The translations under genes and the position numbers were made by a program. Shown piece by piece: positions 57,774 to 64,000 of a DNA stretch of 64,000 nucleotides. Below the pieces are notes generated by a model. The model saw only the letters and a program-made list of their open reading frames with translations, had not been told where the DNA came from and ran no database searches. Location of the stretch: positions 32,001 to 96,000 of the forward strand of contig JAVJQW010000033.1 of assembly GCA_040218735.1 (NCBI GenBank), given 5' to 3'. Position 1 is the first letter of the stretch. Every line of letters begins with the position of its first letter. The DNA comes from Deltaproteobacteria bacterium (GTDB lineage Bacteria > Myxococcota > Kuafuiibacteriia > Kuafuiibacteriales > Kuafuiibacteriaceae).

Positions 57774-58595
57774 TTACGCTCGACACTGTTCGAGCACCGT
57801 CTCGACGTACGACGAAAGCAGCGCCTTGCTGCCGCGTACGACGAACTTCACGACCCTGAATTCCGGATCCGTGGCCACGTCCTGCCCACCGGGACCGCGC
57901 ACGAGGAGCGCGCCATCGGCGTCCTCCGCGTCGCTCCAGCTCGTATCCGGGGCTTCCGTGACCAAGGTCTGCACCACAAAACTCGTCAGAGCCCGCACCG
58001 CCGCCGAGTGAAACACCATCCGACCGCGCACCTGGCTCCGCTCCTGCAGGATGTGACGCTCCAACGCCCCCAAACTTTCAAGTCCTGGGGCGATCAGCTG
58101 GCGAAAACACGTCCTGGAGGCGTCGACGACGGCCTGGCCGCCCTCCGCGAGGATGTCGGCGTACTCGCCGCGCGGGGTGTCCTCGATCAGGCACTCCTCG
58201 AAGCTCCCGAGCGTCGCCGACGCGTCCTGGGGCCTGAGGTAGCCGGTCCGCCACTTGTCGAGCGTCGACCGCTTGTTGCGCGAGAACCGCGCGAACATCG
58301 ACCGGTCCTCGCGCCCTCCGCCCTCCGTCTCGACCGGCGTGAAGCCGAGGCTGATCAGGCCGTCCTTGAGCGGCTCGGGGATCGGGGAGCGCGAGACCAC
58401 ACACGTGGCGAGGGCGAGGTTGTCCGGATCCAGGATCGTGGGATCCGTCATCGCCTGGTACTGGTGCTCGAAGATCCGCTCGTTGACCGCCGCGACGAGC
58501 TCCTCGGCCGATACGGCGTGCGGATCGACGAGGTTCGCGGTGAGCTCCACCACGCCGTCCTTCACCGCGATCAGTAGGCCCTCTTCCAGCGGCAC
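57774..58595 (-). CDS. Hypothetical protein
   Basis: Co-oriented ORF with typical codon usage between GT87 and PEGA genes. Confidence 0.7.
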   Translation of the reverse strand: MPLEEGLLIAVKDGVVELTANLVDPHAVSAEELVAAVNERIFEHQYQAMTDPTILDPDNLALATCVVSRSPIPEPLKDGLISLGFTPVETEGGGREDRSMFARFSRNKRSTLDKWRTGYLRPQDASATLGSFEECLIEDTPRGEYADILAEGGQAVVDASRTCFRQLIAPGLESLGALERHILQERSQVRGRMVFHSAAVRALTSFVVQTLVTEAPDTSWSDAEDADGALLVRGPGGQDVATDPEFRVVKFVVRGSKALLSSYVETVLEQCRA

Positions 58596-58607
58596 CGCGG
58601 GCGGAGG

Positions 58608-59927
58608 TTAGCCGACCCTTCGGCGGCGAACCAGTACCCAGCTCGTCAGCGCGAGCGCCGGCGCGTGGACCACGAACCGCACCCAGCCGAGGTCCGTCCA
58701 GCGCCCGGTCACCAGCTCCAGCCAGGACGGGTGATGGAGGAGCGGCGCGGCCACCACGAGCCACAGCACGGCCGGGGTGAAGCGAAAGCCGGGCGCCGCC
58801 AGCGCGAACGGGACGAGCCACAGCACGTACCAAGGGTGGAAGGTCGGCGCGAGGAGGAGGAGCGCGAAGATCAGCGTCCCGGCGCGCTCGGGGACGGCGT
58901 CGACCGCGACGCGGCGGCGCAGCGACACGACCATCACCCCGAGGAACAGCACCCCGGTGAGCCCGCGCGCGACCTGGTGGCGCGTGAGCGTGACCGTTCC
59001 GAAGCGGCGCCAGTCGCCGCCCAGCCCCAGCTCCGCGACCTCCAGGAGCACCGTGAACAGGCCGTCGCCGGCGCGCCAGCGCGAGGCGTAGGCGCCGAGC
59101 CCTTCGCCGGCGTGGCTCCCCGCGAGGAGGAAGGGCACCGCGAGGAGCGCGAGGCCCGCGAGGACCCAAGTCCCGCGCCGTGTGGCGCGGAGGGCCGCGG
59201 GGAGGGCGACGAGGCCGTTGAGCTTCGCGAGCGCGGCGAGCACGAGGCCGCCGTAGCCAGCCGCCGGTCTCAGCTTCGCGAAGCCGAAGACCGCGACGGC
59301 GAGGCCCAGCGCGGAGAGCCCGTCCGCGTGGCCCTCCCGCGCGACCTCGACGAGGCCGATCGGGCAGAGCCACCACGCGATCGCCGCGCGTGGCCCGGCG
59401 ACGCGGTGGAGGATCGCGGTCGTCGCGCCGTCGGCGATCACCAGGAGCGCTTTGAGCCAGTACAGGGCGTACGTCCCGGTGAGGGCGGCGAGGCCGCCGG
59501 CGAGCGCGAAGACCGTCTGCGCGAACGGCGGGTAGATCGTCGCGAGCTCGGGGTGGTTGATGCGGAGCCAGGCGCGGTCGAGCAGGGCGGGATCCACGCC
59601 GAGCGCCGGGGCCTCCGCGGGGGCGTGGGCGAACGGGAAGCCGAGGCCTTCGGACCAGACGACGCGCCCCTCGAAGACGTAGCGGAAGACGTCGTCCGAG
59701 AAGGCCGGGGCGAGCGCGATCGCCCAAATCCTGAGGAGGGCGCCCGCGACGAGCGCGGCCTGCGGTCGGCGTCCTTCACCGCGGGCGAGGAGGATCCAGC
59801 CGATCCCCGCGATGGCCATCGCGACGAGGTGAGCGAGGAACCGCCGGCGTGGATCGTCCAGGCTGAACGACGCGGCGGTGCCGAGCACGATGGCGGCGAG
59901 CGCGAGGTCTTCGCGGTGGAGTCGCAT
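58608..59927 (-). CDS. GT-C / DUF2029 (GT87-like) membrane glycosyltransferase
   Basis: FSDDVFRYVFEGRV, INHPELATIYPP, EGHADGL, PTFHPWYVLW. Confidence 0.85.
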   Translation of the reverse strand: MRLHREDLALAAIVLGTAASFSLDDPRRRFLAHLVAMAIAGIGWILLARGEGRRPQAALVAGALLRIWAIALAPAFSDDVFRYVFEGRVVWSEGLGFPFAHAPAEAPALGVDPALLDRAWLRINHPELATIYPPFAQTVFALAGGLAALTGTYALYWLKALLVIADGATTAILHRVAGPRAAIAWWLCPIGLVEVAREGHADGLSALGLAVAVFGFAKLRPAAGYGGLVLAALAKLNGLVALPAALRATRRGTWVLAGLALLAVPFLLAGSHAGEGLGAYASRWRAGDGLFTVLLEVAELGLGGDWRRFGTVTLTRHQVARGLTGVLFLGVMVVSLRRRVAVDAVPERAGTLIFALLLLAPTFHPWYVLWLVPFALAAPGFRFTPAVLWLVVAAPLLHHPSWLELVTGRWTDLGWVRFVVHAPALALTSWVLVRRRRVG

Positions 59928-60000
59928 GAGGAGGTTTCGAACCGGGATCCGCTTGTTTGACAGCCTGTCCGGAGAATGCGATTTATCCGAAACTGCCGTG

Positions 60001-60693
60001 ATGCGTCAGCTTTTACGCGCTTCACTCCTGACGACCTTGTCGTCGTTCGTGATCACTTCGGGGGCGGTCGAAGCAGCGCAGGTGCGCGGCTCGGTCCAGG
60101 CGCCGCCGAAGCCGGTCGAGGTCGGCAAGGAGGGGGGCTATGCGCGCACGCAGGTGTCCGCTCCGGCCAAGAGCCTCGAGGAGCAGAAGCAGGACGTCAC
60201 GCTGTTCCTCTACAGCAAGGAATCCCTCCCCATACCGGCTCCGGAGGCGCACCAGACCGTCACGATCCGCGGGCGGCGCTTCACGCCGGACGTCGCGGCA
60301 TGTGCAGTCGATGCGGAGATCGTGTTCGACAACCAGGAGCGGGACGCGGTGACGGTCGTCGTGAACGCCACCAAGATCGGCCCGATCCAGCCCGGCGAGA
60401 AGGCTTCGTACACGTGCGCGGCCGGCGAGCCCGAGGACCCGCGCGTCGTTCGGGTCGAGGGCATTCGGTTCATGTCGGGCCTCGTGTACGTCGGGCAGAT
60501 CGGCGTCGCGGCGCGGCCGAACGAGGCCGGGTACTTCTCGATCAGCGCGCCGCAGGGCACCTACGAACTTCAATATTTGACCAAAGCGGGGATCGTGATG
60601 CGCAAGCCCGTCGAGATCGAGCGCTCGGACGTCAACGTCGGCGCGGTGAATCTCGCCGAGTCCAGCGAACCCGAGGGTACGGACGGCGAGTGA
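60001..60693 (+). CDS. Exported cupredoxin-like / carboxypeptidase-regulatory-like protein
   Basis: Signal peptide; RRFTPDV...IVFDNQE, PNEAGYFSISAPQGTYEL. Confidence 0.65.
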   Translation: MRQLLRASLLTTLSSFVITSGAVEAAQVRGSVQAPPKPVEVGKEGGYARTQVSAPAKSLEEQKQDVTLFLYSKESLPIPAPEAHQTVTIRGRRFTPDVAACAVDAEIVFDNQERDAVTVVVNATKIGPIQPGEKASYTCAAGEPEDPRVVRVEGIRFMSGLVYVGQIGVAARPNEAGYFSISAPQGTYELQYLTKAGIVMRKPVEIERSDVNVGAVNLAESSEPEGTDGE

Positions 60694-60697
60694 GCCC

Positions 60698-62905
60698 ATG
60701 GCTTTTTGGATCCGGCACATCATCCTGATCGTCCTGTGCGTCGTGTTGCCGCTGGGCGCCGCGCTCTACTTCGACACGGAGTCGGAGAAGGACCGCGCGC
60801 GCCAGGTCGGCGCGTCCACGGTGCGCGCGGCGACGCGCGGGCTCGACTCGGCGCTGTCGCTGCAGGCCCACGAAGCGGTCGCACACGCGGTGTCGGTCGC
60901 GCAGCGGCTGTCGGACAACGAAGTCCTGAGCGAGATGGCGCGCAGCGGCTCGCGCGGTGAAGAGGCGTTCACGCGGACTGTCGCGATGCTCGACGAGGCG
61001 GCCGAAGGCGGTCGCTTCGCGTGGCTCGTCGACGCCGAGGGCAACATCGTCGCGCGCAACGGTGCGACGGCGCGTGACGAGACACCGGAGTCGGTCGTCG
61101 GTCACCCGATCTTCGTGGCGACGCAGACCGGCAACGCGCTGGACGGCATCTGGGACGATCGCAACGGCGTCGTGAGCGTCGCCGGTGCGCCGATCGTGGA
61201 CGACGGTGCGGCCTCGGGTGCGCTCTTGGTCGGGCAGCAGGTCGGGTCGAAGACGGTCAAGGAGCTCGCGGACAAGATCGAAGCGCAGGTCACGCTGATC
61301 GCCGGCGAGAACATCCTCGCGTCCAGCCTCGAGTCGGCGAAGGCGCAGGAGGTCGCGCTGCCGGCGAAGATCGACGAGACCTCCTACGGCGGTCGCCGCA
61401 ACGCGCCGCTGCCGCAATTCAACTTGCCGATGCTCCCGCTGCTGATCGACCACCGCGCGGACGGCATCGCGTTCGCGTCGACGGCCGTCCCGGTGCGGGG
61501 TTCGGTGCCCGCGGTGCACTGGGTGGTGTCGGTCGATTCGTCGAGTGGGTTGGAGGGGCTCGCGCAGCGGCAGGAGATCATCTTCGGTGTGCTCGCGGCG
61601 TCGATCCTCTTGGCGCTGCTCATCGGGTTGGTGAACCACCGAACGTTCGTGCGTCCGATCGACCGCGTCGCCGAGCACCTCTCGGAGATCCAGCTCGGTC
61701 GCGGCGACCTCGAGCTCCCCGAGGCGCGGGTGAGCAGGCCCTTCAGGCGCCTCGTACGCCTGATCAACATGACCGTGCAGCGGATGCCCGCGCGCGGTTT
61801 GTCGGGGATCGGCACGGCCGACGTCAGCCTCTCCGAAGCACGCCCGGTCTCTCGCACCGGGAGCTTGATGGTGCACCACACGCCCGTGCCGGAGCCGGCG
61901 CCCGAGCCGCCGCCGCCCGCACCCACGCCCGAGGGGCTCTCGGAGCTGGAGCTCCCCGAGCCCGAGCTCCCGCCGCCGCAGCCGCCCGCCGCCGAGATGC
62001 CGTCGCCGGCGCCGCAGTTCGCCGACCTCGGGACGCCGCAGCCCGCGGAGGTCCCCGCGGACATCGAGCCGAGCCTTCCGCCCCCGCCCGGGACGGGGCT
62101 CGGCGGTGACGACGACGTCGACGAGGCCGCGGCGATCGCCGAGGCGATCGCATCGCTCGAAGCCGGTCAGGCGCTGTCGGCGCCGCCGCAGCCCGCCGCG
62201 CCCTCGCCGCGTCAGGCGTCCCAGATCCGCGGTCGTCCGATGGGCCTCGAGGTCCCCTCCGCCGAGGAGGAGATGCCGGCGCCGTTCGCGCCGTCGCAGT
62301 CGACGTTCCTCCGCGAGGGGATGTCGTTGTCGCTGCCCAGCCAGGACGACCCGGCGCCGCCGGAGCGCCCCGCACCCGGGGTTCGCGGCGGTGGCAGCCT
62401 CGATCTGTCGGGGTACGCGGGCGTGCAGGACCGCGACAGCGCGGACGTCGATGGCGAGAGCTTCGGTCCGGAGGCGACGGTGGTCGCGCCGGTCGCCGAG
62501 GATCTGCTCGCGAAGTCAGCGCGCGACGACCTGACGGATCACCACCACGTCATCAACGGTGACGAGAAGCCCGACATGACGGTGGTCGCTTCGGTGCCGG
62601 CCGACCTGCTCGCGCAGTCGGCGGGGGAGGCGCCCATCCCGGATCCGCCGCCGCCGCCCTCGAACGAAAACGGCCTCGACGCCGCGGACCGCGCGCACTT
62701 CGAAGAGGTCTACGAGCGCTTCATCGACATGCGGAGGCGCTGCGGTGAGAAGACGGCGGACCTCGCGTTCGATCGCTTCCTGAAGAAGCTCACGAAGAAC
62801 CGCGAGAACCTCATCAAGAAGTACCACTGCCGCACGGTGCGTTTTCAGGTCTACGAGAAGGACGGCAAGGCCGCCCTCAAGGCGACGCCCGTCCGCGCGC
62901 GTTGA
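60698..62905 (+). CDS. MXAN_5187-type membrane protein (Cache-like + HAMP-like + Pro-rich + conserved C-domain)
   Basis: Two TMs flanking a periplasmic domain; C-terminal VYERFIDMRRRCGE...FDRFLKKLTKNRENLIKKYHCRTVRFQVYEKDGKAALKATPVR. Confidence 0.85.
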   Translation: MAFWIRHIILIVLCVVLPLGAALYFDTESEKDRARQVGASTVRAATRGLDSALSLQAHEAVAHAVSVAQRLSDNEVLSEMARSGSRGEEAFTRTVAMLDEAAEGGRFAWLVDAEGNIVARNGATARDETPESVVGHPIFVATQTGNALDGIWDDRNGVVSVAGAPIVDDGAASGALLVGQQVGSKTVKELADKIEAQVTLIAGENILASSLESAKAQEVALPAKIDETSYGGRRNAPLPQFNLPMLPLLIDHRADGIAFASTAVPVRGSVPAVHWVVSVDSSSGLEGLAQRQEIIFGVLAASILLALLIGLVNHRTFVRPIDRVAEHLSEIQLGRGDLELPEARVSRPFRRLVRLINMTVQRMPARGLSGIGTADVSLSEARPVSRTGSLMVHHTPVPEPAPEPPPPAPTPEGLSELELPEPELPPPQPPAAEMPSPAPQFADLGTPQPAEVPADIEPSLPPPPGTGLGGDDDVDEAAAIAEAIASLEAGQALSAPPQPAAPSPRQASQIRGRPMGLEVPSAEEEMPAPFAPSQSTFLREGMSLSLPSQDDPAPPERPAPGVRGGGSLDLSGYAGVQDRDSADVDGESFGPEATVVAPVAEDLLAKSARDDLTDHHHVINGDEKPDMTVVASVPADLLAQSAGEAPIPDPPPPPSNENGLDAADRAHFEEVYERFIDMRRRCGEKTADLAFDRFLKKLTKNRENLIKKYHCRTVRFQVYEKDGKAALKATPVRAR

Positions 62906-62941
62906 CCGGGCCCCATTGACCGCGCACGCTGACCGCGCCGC

Positions 62942-63259
62942 TCAGTTCAGAAACGTGCCGCTGGGCGGGGGTGTATTGCTGCCGCCGCCGGCTTCGATCT
63001 GCCCGAACTTTTGCTCGAACCCACGGATGGAGTCTTCCAGCGCGCGCAGCAGGCGGCGCGCGTGTTTCGGGCTGGTGATGATGCGCGCGCGGACTTTGCC
63101 CTTCGGCTCCTGCGGCTGCACGTAGATGAAGTCGAGCGTGAACTCGGTCTCGCTGTGGTTCACCATCGCCATGTTGGCGTAGCTGCCCTGCGCGGTCTCG
63201 GGATCGAGCTCGATCTTCACTTGGACTTGGTTCGGCGGGTTCTTCGGGTTCGTCATCAC
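62942..63259 (-). CDS. DUF3467 family protein
   Basis: IELDPETAQGSYANMAMVNHSETEFTLDF...VRARIITSPKHARRLLRAL. Confidence 0.9.
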   Translation of the reverse strand: MMTNPKNPPNQVQVKIELDPETAQGSYANMAMVNHSETEFTLDFIYVQPQEPKGKVRARIITSPKHARRLLRALEDSIRGFEQKFGQIEAGGGSNTPPPSGTFLN

Positions 63260-64000
63260 ATGGCCTCGAGCTTCTTCTTGGTCTGGCGTGCGCCCTTTTT
63301 GTCGCCCGCTTTCTTCTGCGCTTCGTACAGCCGCTCCCAGAGCGTCTTTTCCTTGGGGAACGCCTGCGTGAGGGCGTCGAGCTGCGTCGCCGCCTCCTTG
63401 TAGCGCTTCGCCTTCATCAACACGATCGCGTACTCACTCGTCAGCGAGGGATCCTTCGTGGCTTCGACGAGCTTCGCGTAGGTCGACAGCGCGTCGTCGA
63501 CGCGGCCGCCGAGGTAGTACGCCTTCGCGAGCTGGCTCGCGGCGTCGAGATCGTCCGGCGTGATCCGGTGCGCACGTTCGAGCTGGGTAATCGCGCCGGG
63601 GACGTCTTTCGACGCGAGGAGCAGCCGCCCGTGGATCGCCGCGCAGCGCCCACACTTGTCGTCGGCGCTCGCCTGCTTGGCGAGATCGAGCGCGGTCTTC
63701 ATGTCACCGCCGAGCCCCTTCGCGTAAGCGAGGTGCGCGAGGACGTCGCTGTTCTTGCCGTCCGTCAGACCGCGCGCGCGCTCGTAGTTCGCGACGGCGT
63801 CCGCGTTGCGACCCTCCTGCAACGCGAGGAAACCGGCCTCGGCGTGGAGCGCGACGGACGTCGGGAGCGCGGCCATCCCGTCGGCGTAGGCCTGACGCTC
63901 GCAGTCGGCGTCGTCGTTCAGCGAACACGCGCTGCCGAGGAGCAGGTAGGCCTGCTCGAGGTTCGGGTTCTTCTCGATCGCCGCGCGGCACTGCGTGATC
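63256..64000 (-). CDS. TPR-repeat protein, 5' end beyond the window
   Basis: Frame stays open upstream of 63876 to the window edge (ITQCRAAIEKNPNLEQAYLLLG...); multiple TPR-like helical pairs. Confidence 0.85.
   Translation of the reverse strand, partial: ITQCRAAIEKNPNLEQAYLLLGSACSLNDDADCERQAYADGMAALPTSVALHAEAGFLALQEGRNADAVANYERARGLTDGKNSDVLAHLAYAKGLGGDMKTALDLAKQASADDKCGRCAAIHGRLLLASKDVPGAITQLERAHRITPDDLDAASQLAKAYYLGGRVDDALSTYAKLVEATKDPSLTSEYAIVLMKAKRYKEAATQLDALTQAFPKEKTLWERLYEAQKKAGDKKGARQTKKKLEAM

Overview
A high-GC (about 70% by eye) bacterial window. It is most likely Myxococcota, judged from an MglA-like GTPase, an MXAN_5187-type protein, PEGA/TPR/DnaJ-fused proteins, a Hanks kinase and PDAG-type repeats. 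From left to right it contains: pepA; a CPA2 antiporter fused to PTS-EIIA; and a surface-polysaccharide cluster (two O-antigen ligase/polymerase-like genes, methyltransferase, Wzz, GT4, Wzx). A ~3.3 kb accessory insert interrupts that cluster. Next come SulP; a 7-gene translationally coupled multiheme cytochrome/porin operon (65 heme-binding motifs counted by hand); an ECF sigma/anti-sigma pair; a Ser/Thr kinase; recX, pilT and an orphan MglA operon; YihY; SppA; a permuted mrpFGABCDE operon; a nitrilase; an extracellular PHB depolymerase; an asnB-like/SSS transporter operon; and myxobacterial signalling genes. Three candidates stand out. (1) A decayed TIR-FGE/CLec gene whose 3' end looks like a diversity-generating retroelement (DGR) variable region, followed by two tandem GGA-triloop hairpins, with no reverse transcriptase (RT) or template repeat (TR) in the window. 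(2) A DUF222-like/HNH gene with a probable leaderless promoter, a 3' palindrome and a degenerate tandem copy of its own 3' end. (3) A porin-cytochrome conduit unlike MtrAB, ending in a 25-heme lipoprotein. I saw no rRNA, tRNA or CRISPR array. All family calls come from recognising motifs by eye, not from database searches.
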